Assembly (NCBI GenBank): GCA_964016885.1
Contig: OZ024741.1
Coordinates: forward strand, 158,782,001 to 158,846,000
Length of the DNA stretch: 64,000 nt
Reading direction: 5' to 3'
Origin: Eledone cirrhosa
Lineage: Eukaryota
Shown here: in pieces, positions 53,190-64,000 of the stretch
Layout: each line of letters starts with the position of its first letter
How positions within the stretch are numbered: the first letter of the stretch is position 1
Position numbers and translations under genes: made by a program
Notes under the pieces: model-generated
Seen by the model: only the letters and a program-made list of their open reading frames with translations
What the model was told of the DNA's origin: nothing
Database searches by the model: none

Positions 53190-54373
53190 TTAAACATATT
53201 TAAAAACTGTCTTACATTAATTTCTCCATAATGGCATGGCTGTTTTTGTTCGGTTTCTGAAGATTTAGAATATTTTGCTTATTGTAAGAGTGATGTTAAA
53301 ACAGTCAGATGGCTACCTTTTCTACCTGCTAACTACTCAGGCCATAAAGTAGGAGCGGAATTTGTTTTGTGAGTCAAGCAAACTGAGGTAAGCAGAGTTT
53401 ATGGGCCTTGTTCAGGAGGCATAACATAATATAAGTGCATTAGAAAGTTATAAACTATTGAATGTGTGGGTCAATTGTTCAGCACTTTAAGCTCACAATT
53501 ATTGCCACAGTGAAGTTAACGTAATATCTCACAAAATAATATGAACAAGATTCAATATATTTCATTTTTTTCCACTCTTTAACTGTTTTAGTGCTATGGC
53601 CTTTTAGCAAAAGAAAAAAAAAAGACTATAGGTTAATTGTAAAAATACAATAAAAAGAACATTACATTTCAAAGCCAATATTTCACCCATGCAGTGATTT
53701 TGACTATGTTATTGAATCTGATAAATCGACTTAGCAATACTGTAAGAGTTAAGAAAGAATAACAATTATAAAGCTGCCAATAAAATTCCAATGTAAAATT
53801 TATAAAAATATTACCAAATCATAAATTGTAAAAGAAAGGTGACTAAACTGCCAAGAATAAGAATTTTAATATTTCTATTTCCCAAAAGGAAAAATTTCCT
53901 GAAAATATCACAGACTTAAAGAACACAAAATTCCTGGCAGTTTACAATGTTTTTGGATACTGATTTGTAAACTACTTATATTATTAACCCATGTGGAATA
54001 ACAGATTAATGGATTAATGGAATAATTATAAAGATACATCCTCACATATATCTTTATACATATCATCATTACCATTGACGTTTACAACTGCTTTCCATAT
54101 TAGCATGGGGTAAATAGTTGTTATGATCTGCACCAATTCTTATTTGGAGATACTACTAATGGGGCATAAGATTTTGTCTCATTTTTATTTTACCTTTTGA
54201 TATGATTTCTATAGCAGGATGCCCTTTCCAAATACCAACCACTTTACAGAAGGTATTGATTATATGGGTATATATATGGCTGATTAAACACGTTTTCCTC
54301 TGATAAAAAGTTTTCCCTTACTTTCCTTTTCTTCCTCTCGTCTATTTTTCTATTTCTTCTATCTCTCACTCTA

Positions 54374-54410
54374 TCTTCTGATGAAGGACTAACTCCAAAA
54401 TGTTAAGACT
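54374..54410 (+). ncRNA. Decayed minimal hammerhead motif (pLTR relic)
   Basis: tctt-CTGATGA-a-gga-ctaac-tcc-AAAA-TGT-T-aaga; GAAACG to AAAATG is consistent with CpG decay. Confidence 0.45.
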
Positions 54411-54550
54411 CTTACTACATCATTGTACTGTATTGTTCTCCTGTGTTGTTTTTCTTTTTTGACTTTTCATACACACACATATATATATATATATATTTGA
54501 TATCAAACTCACAAATACATTTACATATCTGTTATGTTAGAGTGAAAACA

Positions 54551-54599
<49 letters not shown>

Positions 54600-55664
54600 T
54601 ATATATATACACACACATACATATATAGTGATTTTTGCTTGATATATATATATATATATATGTATATGTATAAATCAAAGATCACAATTGCCTGTCTTCA
54701 CAATACATTTTTTTATCAGTCTTTCTCATAGATTAACATTACACATTTCAATGATCAGACTTAAAGTGTCCATCTCTATATATTCAGATTTTCTGTATTT
54801 TTAGATTTTTTTTTATTGTTTAGTCAGTGAGGGAAAGACAATGTCCATGATGCATGTTAGGGACCATGACTCATTTTAGAGCCTCCAAAGCTGGTAGGTA
54901 GGGAATGAAGAAAGTATCCTAAAATTGGAGACCTGGTCTGAATGCTTACAACAGTGTAGATTCTGGTCAAGACACCAAAGAGCCAGGTGGTGGTGGTAAA
55001 CCAAGTAAAAGGTTACATCTACCATCTAAGTTAATCACAGCAGGATTTAAAATCTGAAGGCAAAGAATGGGAGCGAATACCACAGGACATCTTGCCTTGC
55101 ACTGTTTAAGCCATGTCAGTCTGCCAGGAAACTTCCCTCTCTATGTGCTCATTACCTGTACTGATGTAACACAAGTGAATTTTTGATTGCTCTCATGCCA
55201 AGTACTGAACAAGGCCACTTCTCAGATGCTACCAGGCTTTCACAAACCTTTGCTAATTACAGGTAAATAGGTAATTCATTATTTGACAACTGCTAAAGTC
55301 ATTATTCTAACAAAGAACACCCTTAGCAATGATCTTTGACAAGAGAGGGGAGTGTTATACCTATTTCTGTCAGAGATGGACAGAGAGAGAGAGAGAAGTG
55401 GGTGAGAGAGAGAGAGATGTGTATGGGTATATATGATTACACATATAATCTATAAATATTATTTTGTTTGCATAATTTAAGCATATTTAAATGTATGCAT
55501 GTTATATGTCTGGGTACACAGTGTCAGTGTTTGGATATATATGCATACACACACATAGATATGTATGTTACAGTCGATTGACTTTTGTCAAATCGGACCG
55601 AGGAAACAATGTTTCCATTGGTCTTTCCAATTGCTAATACTATCTATCAGTCACAACTCCAAAT

Positions 55665-55790
55665 AGAAGGAGCAACTTGAAATAAAGTGTCTTGCTCAAG
55701 GACATAATGCATCACCTGGTCCAGGAATCGAACTCACAACATCACGATTGTGAATCCAATTCTTTTACCACTCAGCCACGTGCCTCCACA
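55665..55790 (-). mobile_element. tRNA-head SINE 5' part
   Basis: Reverse complement ggaggcacgtggctgagtggt...gagttcgattcc...ccttgagcaagacact. Confidence 0.78.
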
Positions 55791-55809
55791 TATATTCAGA
55801 TATACCAAC

Positions 55810-55980
55810 ACACTGTAAACGTGGTTGGTGTTAGGAAGGGCATCCAGCCGTAGAAAACCTGTCAGACAGTCCTATACAAGCGAGACACGGTCTCCCGACC
55901 AATCTTGCCTCAAGTGGGACAATTCCCATCTAAACCCATGCTAGCGTGGAAGATAGACGTTAAAAAATGATGATGATGTA
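55810..55980 (+). mobile_element. RTE-type 3' tail fragment
   Basis: Matches 11970-12125 and the reverse complement of 631-790. Confidence 0.82.
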
Positions 55981-56234
55981 TTAGTAGTGCCACATTCACA
56001 TACAGTATTTCTTCATCAAAATGTTTTGGATAAAACAACAAAAAAGAACAATCCCAACAATATGAAACAAATCTTCAGTTACTCTCTCACTTAAAATCAA
56101 ATGTTAGTTGGACTCTCAATAAGCTGTCTCATGTACTTCATGCTAGGAGATGCTAGTGGTGGTGATATAGGGAAAGAGCAGGGAAGATGAAAAGGGTGAA
56201 ATGTAAAATGAATATATACATGTGTGTGTATGTA

Positions 56235-56268
<34 letters not shown>

Positions 56269-56271
<3 letters not shown>

Positions 56272-56592
56272 AGTAGATTCGAAGTCAGTGTTGCAGCATA
56301 TGTAGAAACTATATTGGCATATTACAATTGTTTAAATATCATGGTACAGTCATAATGACTGGGCCCCAACTCTTCTTTGACATCTCCTCAGATATGTGAG
56401 TTTATGTGCAAAGACACATCCAAACTTGAATGTGCATTTGCACATATAAACTCACATATCTGAGGAGATGTCGAAGAAAAGTCAGGTCCAGTATTTATGA
56501 CTGTACCATGAGTTGATTGATATTTAAATAATTGTAATATTCCAATAAATTTGCTACATATGCTGCAACACTGACTTAGATTCTATTTAGCT
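56269..56592. repeat. Degenerate ~320-bp palindrome, same family as 12150-12470
   Basis: agtcagtgttgcagcatatgtag / ctacatatgctgcaacactgact; atat-CTGAGGA at 56456-56466. Confidence 0.85.
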
Positions 56593-58879
56593 TATTTACA
56601 CTCTGCACACTACAGTTGCCTTAACTCTAGAATACAACCCAACATGAAACGGACCTTGTAACAGCATTCTGAGTGATTTGAATGGTGTACTCCCTGTAAC
56701 TATAGTTACTCACCTAACTACCACACAGACATATATGTATATATATATATATGTGTGTGTGTATATATATATATATATTCCATTGTTCACACTTTTGAAT
56801 TTGCCCACCAAAAACCCGGATATGAATCTTCCTCCTTTCTTGAGGAAGAACACGTGACTCCACTGCCATAGCTGATACTACAGTGAATGACAGCGGTGCC
56901 ATGATGCCGAGCTATTGGTATACAGAACAAAACGCCTGTTGAGAAAAGGAATCCACGTTTGATCTTAGGATACATTGCTGACTTGCATATTGTGCAACTT
57001 GGAGTGTTGATTTTGGATTCCCAGACACCAATCAAAGATATTTTATATCTATCAATCAGATCCAGGTTCATATATAACCTGTTTGTATTTTCGTTGCTGT
57101 GGTGACTTTTGTGGCAGTTTTAACCTGGTCGTAATTTTCAATTTGTCACACCTTTAATGTATGTTTATTACTCTGAGCTATAATTTATCGATATCATCTC
57201 ATTGAGTACTTGTGCCAGCTTCTGAGGATTGTATCTGAAAGATGCTAGTCGCAGCTGCAACTTCGTTTTTACTCACTATCATTGTTTATATATATATATG
57301 TGTGTGTGTGTAAATATGTGTGTATATATATATTATATGGATGTAATGTATATATATATCATCATAATTATTTAATGTGTGTTTTCCTTGCTAGCAAGGG
57401 TTAGACAGGTTGTCTTAGACTGAAAAAGTGCTCAGGAAGGCCTGGGAGCCTGTTGCTTACATGTTCCCATGCTCTACTGAGTGTATTTTATGATGGTACT
57501 AGAAGTAATTAAGTTCTTTATGTCTTTTACATAAACGAATAGTCCTTCTGATGTTGAAAATACCAAGACTGTATTCTAGAGGCATTCTTGATTCTTTTGT
57601 TTACTTATGCAAACAAAACTTGCTAAAGAATGAATATAATTATTCCAGAAACCTTAGCTACAGATTCTCATGAGATGTTAACATACCCAATAAATTATAT
57701 ATATACATATATATGTGTGGTGGGGAGTGAATGTGGGAGTGTGCATGCACACAGAGTTTGAACATCGACTATAGCATTCAAATTTTCCCAGAACTAGCTT
57801 TGGTTTTTCAGAGAAGTTGTGGTGGTGGTGGTGGTGGTGGTGGCAGAACCAATATTGCCACATATTTTGGAGGTTTGGGAATTGACGGACAGGAGAACAT
57901 TGGACTAAAGGGCCTTGTGGTAGTTTCTTCCATTTCTCCCTGCAATACTCAGATGCACAACACACATGAAACTGAGATACAGTCCAGGTTTTAACCAGCC
58001 TATACAAACAATGGAAAAAAATGGTGTCTAATTTATTTCATCTCTTTCTCTCTCTCCAATTATCTGTCTTTCTCCCTGTCTGCCTCTCTCTTTCTGTCTG
58101 ATTCTCATTCTCTCATTCTGTCTGTCCGTCTCATACTCTCTCTCCCTCTCTCAATCTTTCTTTCTCTCTGCCGCTCTCTCTATTCCTTTCAACCAACCCT
58201 CTCTCTTATCACCACAGTTGACTTGGCTTTCGATCTCTCTGGAGGAAGATGAGGTGTCAAAGAAAAAAAAAAACAAGAACCAATATTGGCATACTTTATG
58301 ACCATAGAATGGTAATCAATGAATTAGAATATGGAACAAAACAAAACAAACAATAAACAAAATATAGAATAAAAGAAAAAAGAAAAATAGCGGAATGATT
58401 GGAAGGAGAGAATATTTGAAAAAAGAGTATTAAAAAATAAATAATATACATATATATATATATTCTTTATACAATGACATCAATAACAATAAAAACAATA
58501 ATAATAACAATAATAATAATGGTAGGGGAATGGTGTATGTGTGTTTATGGAATAATAAATATTTTTTTGTTGTTTAATATTTTAAAATATTATATCCTTT
58601 AATATTTGTTTCCTTTGAAAAGTACCATATATACTTGGTAGATAAGTTGCAACCAACATTTTGTTTATAGTGTTTTGGCTTCATTAGTTAATGTTTCAAG
58701 CCCAGAGCAAGGGTTGACAGATAAGTCGCATACGGCTTTTCGCAACCGATGATTACTTTAACTGTTTTTAGTAAAAAAAACTGCAACTTATCTACAAGTA
58801 TATAGGGCAATCTGGAAAATATGAGAGTCAAAGAAGACACCATGCAATAATAATAAAAATAATAGTAATAATAATAACA

Positions 58880-58914
<35 letters not shown>

Positions 58915-59129
58915 GAAAATGCTAATAATGGAAATGATAGATATGATAATGAAAAATAATGAAAACAAAATAAAAAGAGGTAAATAACCACTGTTATAGA
59001 ATATAATTAAATTTTGAAATAGTCACGAATGAATGAGATTAGGTTGGTTTAAAAAAAGTTTTTAACAATTAATGAATTAAAAAATATTGAAATCGCTTTG
59101 GTTTTTCAGTTGTATGACTGAAGAGAATG

Positions 59130-59132
59130 TGC

Positions 59133-59168
<36 letters not shown>

Positions 59169-59388
59169 CACACAAACACACACATATATATATATATATA
59201 CATACATATATATACATATATATATATACATATATATATACATATACATACATATATACACATATATATATATATATATGTATATATAAATATATATATA
59301 TATACTCACATATATATATGTGTATATATAATATATATATATATACATATATATATATACATACATATATATATATATATATACATAC

Positions 59389-59463
<75 letters not shown>

Positions 59464-59510
59464 CATACATATATATATATATACATACATATATATATAT
59501 ATATACATAC

Positions 59511-59579
<69 letters not shown>

Positions 59580-59610
59580 CACATATATATACATATATAT
59601 ATATATACAC

Positions 59611-59679
<69 letters not shown>

Positions 59680-59785
59680 CATACATATATATACTTATAT
59701 ATATATACATATATATATATACATGTATATACATATATATATATATATATATACACATATGTGTATATATAAGTGTGTGTGTATG

Positions 59786-59829
<44 letters not shown>

Positions 59830-59846
59830 AATATGTGTATATATGC

Positions 59847-59877
<31 letters not shown>

Positions 59878-59946
59878 AGTGAGTGTCTATATATGCATAT
59901 ATATGTATATAAGTGTGTGTATGTAAATATACATATATACATACAT

Positions 59947-59985
<39 letters not shown>

Positions 59986-60193
59986 CAGATTTATTCTGTT
60001 GTAGGGTTGTTATATTTTCACCTTATTTACATATGTATGATTGGAATATTCTAGAGCATTCTTTGTATAATGTGAACTTATTTTTCATTTGGTTTCCAAA
60101 ATTGTACTTTTTGAAGTATGTTTATATATATATATATGTGTGTGTGTATGTATATATATATATGTATGTGTATATATATATATATACATACAT

Positions 60194-60258
<65 letters not shown>

Positions 60259-60365
60259 TACATATATGTATATATATATATATTTATGTGCATGTGTATA
60301 TGTATATATATTTATATATATATATATACACACACACATATATACACATAATATATATATATATA
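59130..60365. repeat. (TA)n/TACA/(TG)n satellite field
   Basis: Direct inspection. Confidence 0.92.
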
Positions 60366-60880
60366 AAATTTTCATTTTTACATTTAATTTTTTTAAATTA
60401 TTATTATCATCATTATCATTATTATTATTATTATTACAAATACTACTACTACCAGTAGTTTTTAAAAGAAGAACGTTATATATTTTTTTCATTTTATTTT
60501 ATATTCTAAACGTTTTTTAAATCTTCTAGATAATAACAATAATAATAATAATAATTATAATAATAATAATAGTAAGAATTATTACAATCATCATAATGAT
60601 AATAATAGTCATCATAATAAGTATTATGAATTAATAAAATTTATAATTATTGTTTTTGTTTGTTTTCTTTTTCAAAATGTTTATTTTTTTAAATGTTTTT
60701 TTTCTCATATCACAGCCTTTAGGTTAATCGTCGAGACAACTGGATGAAAAGGTACTTGTTATATTGGTTAGTTTAGTTGGTTTTTTTTTTTTCATTTTTT
60801 TTTCTTTTTTTTTTTGAAGAATTTAGTTTGAGAGAGACATGTAGAAATTTTTGATAAATAGTTAAGTAAAGTTAGTAGCA

Positions 60881-61023
60881 CTAAACGGTTGTTTCTTCTC
60901 CAGGACTCGACAGATAACCACTGACTTTGTGCTTCTTCGACATATGATGATGGCGACCGGGGACTGCATAATGACTAATTTTGCCTCCACCGACGCTATC
61001 GAGGGAGGCTACTGGTGATGGTT
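60881..61023 (-). CDS. Last coding exon of an unidentified host gene (..PSPVASLDSVGGGKISHYAVPGRHHHMSKKHKVSGYLSSPGEETTV*), class I PDZ-binding C-terminus
   Basis: Strong acceptor tttttctctctgtctgtgttttttcAG on -; GC-rich unique island; open frame to TAG at 60881-60883; AT-rich UTR-like sequence follows. Confidence 0.72.
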
Positions 61024-61178
61024 CTGAAAAAACACAGACAGAGAGAAAAATTATTTAAAAAAATTATTTTTCAAGTTCTAAGTAAATGAACATTTTATTA
61101 TAATCTTAAAACATTTGAGGCAAAATTCTACACATAGATACACTTACTTTCTAATACCAACAATCATGTTTTTTTTAA

Positions 61179-61540
61179 CCCTTTTGATACCAACACCTGA
61201 AAACACCCTAGATTTATTATACAAAACTGCTCATTTTAAAATGAGCCATCATAATTTGCCATCTTAATTTCATTTAAGAAATATTTGTTAAGTAATATTC
61301 TAAATAGCAGCTTACTAATAACGGTTTCTGATTTAGGTACAAGGCTAGCAATTTTTAGGGAGGAAGATGTCAATGAAATTGACTGGTACTTTATTTTATC
61401 GACTCCATAAGGAGGAAAAGCAAAGTTAACTGCGGCAGGATATAGTTATATAATCAATTTCCTCCAAATATTTGGAAATTTTCAAAATTAATTGAAACAT
61501 ATACATTGTGTATTTCATTAACAATACCATAATGAAAGGG
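61179..61540. mobile_element. piggyBac-like MITE with a nested SINE
   Basis: TTAA|cccttttgatacc ... gaaaggg|TTAA. Confidence 0.6.
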
Positions 61541-62079
61541 TTAAAGTAAAGCACAGATCTTTTCACATCTAAGTACTGAGCTAAGGGATCTCTGTTTGTG
61601 TGGAATATAAACAAACAACGTTGAAGGAGAAAAATATTTCCTTTTTTTAAATCATAAACAGGTGAACATTTTATTATTTTAAAACTTTTCGAAATGATAA
61701 GGAGAAATTAGCATCATCACCATCAGTTTTATGCCTGCTTTTTCCATGCTGGCATTAGATATGACTTTTCTTGGGGTAGGATTGGATAAATATTAATTGA
61801 AACTAATATAGTGTATTAGTCTTATTTAATTATCAATAGAATACTTTTCTAGCAACATTGCTCTCTCTTGCAAAGAAACTGAATTATCAGTGAGAAACAA
61901 GCTTAAATGCTTTGCAGTATTTGTTCAGACTCTTTACATCCTAAGTTTAAAATCTCCCAAGGTCAACTTTGCTTTTCATACTTCCGAGGTTGATAAACTA
62001 AAGTGCCAATAAAGTACTGGGGTTGATTTAATTCCCCTCCCCAAAAATTGTTGGCCTTGTGTCTAAATCAGAAACCATC

Positions 62080-64000
62080 ATTATTATTATTAATATTAGT
62101 TTTATTTTTATTATGTCATCACTGCATTGTAAAGCACAGCTCTGAGTGCCTTGAGTATATGCAGTGTGGTTTTTGGTATTGTATTGAAAGTACTCTTCAT
62201 AATATGTGTGCAGTGCCTAGTAGATTTTCTGTATGCTATATATGTTGTAAATCCTGGGGTTTTTGGTTATGATTCTGTCTGTGTTCATTTTATCATTTCC
62301 AGAGGGATTATTTCTGTTTACATTATCCACAGTCAGGCTATTTCTATCTCCAGATCTTTATATTTGAATAATTTCTCAATTTCCATGATCTTTGTGTTCA
62401 TGGTAGGATAATCTTTCTACATCTGATTTTTCTGTCTAGTCCTGCTCGTTCTTTTAGTGTCCAGTTTAGAATGTTAAAACTAGAGCTTATTACTTGAAGC
62501 AATATAGTATTGGTGCTTATTACCTTATTCTTTGCATTTAGATGTCTTAAGTAGTAATCTAATCCATCTATAGTATTCCTTTTTTAATCTTTTTTAAGCT
62601 TTAGATTATCCATATACAGGTTAATTTTCTTGATGCAGCATTTATACCCATTAAGTCAAGTCCTGTTTAGTATCTCAAATAATGGTGTCAATGCAAGGCA
62701 AAAAAAGGAGTGGTGAAAAAGAGTCTCCTTGAAATATCCCTTGCTTATACATATGGGGAACACTTTCAAAAACCTTCTGGTAGTCAAACCATGTTATGCT
62801 GAGATTTTCTTTTCTTTTCCTAAAGTTTTCTATTATGGCTTTGTAGATTAATAATTAATCTTTACAGTCATGAGCCTTTGCAGCCTCCTTTCTTCTCTTT
62901 TGGAGGTAGGTTGTCTTTTTCCGGGTACTTGGTCAGTTTCTGTGATATTATTGTTGTTAAGTTCCTGTAGGTTACAGTGTTATAGGGCATGTAGTTTTCA
63001 GAGTTTGCTGTGTCATTATTATTGGGGATCAGCGTGGTTTTCCCTTTGGTAAACCTATTGGGTGTCATTTTTGGCTCCATCAACATCTCACAGTTTTACA
63101 AGTACACTATGTGTCTGTTAAATATTTCCAACCAGAAGTTTCAGATTTTGTTGTCATAGTGTGTTCTGGTTGCTTGGTTTGTTCAGTATGTTGTGATGTC
63201 TCCCCAGAGCTGCTCAGGTACTGTGTTTATTGTTCTAACAAGTCCTGTGTGTGGTGATTCCCTCACTGTCCACAGTCCTCCACAAAACTTCTCTACTTCT
63301 TTTCATTTAGGGGCTATATTTACCTCTATTTTGCTTTCACTAAGTTCCAGAGAGAATCGTTTGAGGCTGGACTGAAATTGCTTTTTTTGTTCAAATAACT
63401 GTTGGCATTTTACATATCTCCAGATTTTTTTAGCCTTATGAAACTAACATTTCTGTTTGTGTTAAGTAAGTCTATGGTGGTCAGGTTAGCATTTTTATGG
63501 TTGTTACTATTTCACCATTGATTTTTATCTTTAAGAGTTGTATTCTTTGATCAATAGGGAAATCTTCCATTGTTTGGAGTTTTGGGATTATTTCCATCTT
63601 TATCCTATTGGAGTCTTGAATTCTATTTTTAGGGTTTTGTTTTCCCACCTCTTCCTCGTATTTCCTTTCATTTGTATTTTTGGCTGAATTGTCCTGAATT
63701 GGTTTTTGATAGTCAGTATTCTGTATGTCTTTTAGGGTTAGGATTTGCTGTTTATTTTATCTGTTTTGGATATGTTGCTTCTATTTTCATGGCTTAAATT
63801 CTGAATATTTTTATATTTACTAGTTGTTTTGTGTTTGTTATTTGAGTTTTCATAGTGTCTTCATTCTTCTAGATGTTCAATTTTTCAATTTCTGATATGT
63901 TTTTCGTTTTTAATACATATCTTCTAAAGTTATTTGAGGTCAAGTTTTAAATCAGGGTGTGGATTATTTTTCTCGCAGATTTTATAAGTGTATAATGTTG
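62080..64000 (-). mobile_element. Degenerate R4/Dong-like non-LTR retrotransposon
   Basis: FTKGKTTLIP..ENY.P, KGGCKGS, GIFQGDSFSPLFFCLALTPL, YMDNLKL, KEIEKLFKYKDLEIEI, GTAHIL.RVL; (TAA)n tail; many stops and deletions. Confidence 0.85.

Noticed and set aside
59077-60520. Y/I-rich ORFs
   Set aside because: Microsatellite artefacts

Overview
AT-rich, repeat-dense eukaryotic DNA. The repeat repertoire (tRNA-head SINEs with RTE-type (GAT)n tails, RTE and R4/Dong LINEs, Penelope-like elements, multi-kb (TA)n fields) suggests an octopus or other coleoid cephalopod; this is inference. The window looks like the interval between two convergent host genes: the last coding exon of an integrin alpha subunit (3320-3415 +, CGFFER...) and a last coding exon ending in a PDZ-binding motif ETTV* (60881-61023 -). 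Between them are a 5'-truncated RTE LINE with a PHD finger, a young Penelope-like element (RT + GIY-YIG, Naiad-like) with an inverted ~0.9-kb pLTR, fragments of two other PLE families, hAT, mariner, Helitron and piggyBac-like MITE remnants, SINEs and minisatellites. The strongest unexplained signal is a set of non-coding fold-back palindromes (about 0.1-0.4 kb), most carrying type I hammerhead ribozyme motifs, several with non-canonical cores (CAGAAGA, CCGAAGA, extra U at the base of stem II, very long stem II). Most ORF-track entries are microsatellite artefacts. All structures were read by eye and boundaries of old repeats are approximate.
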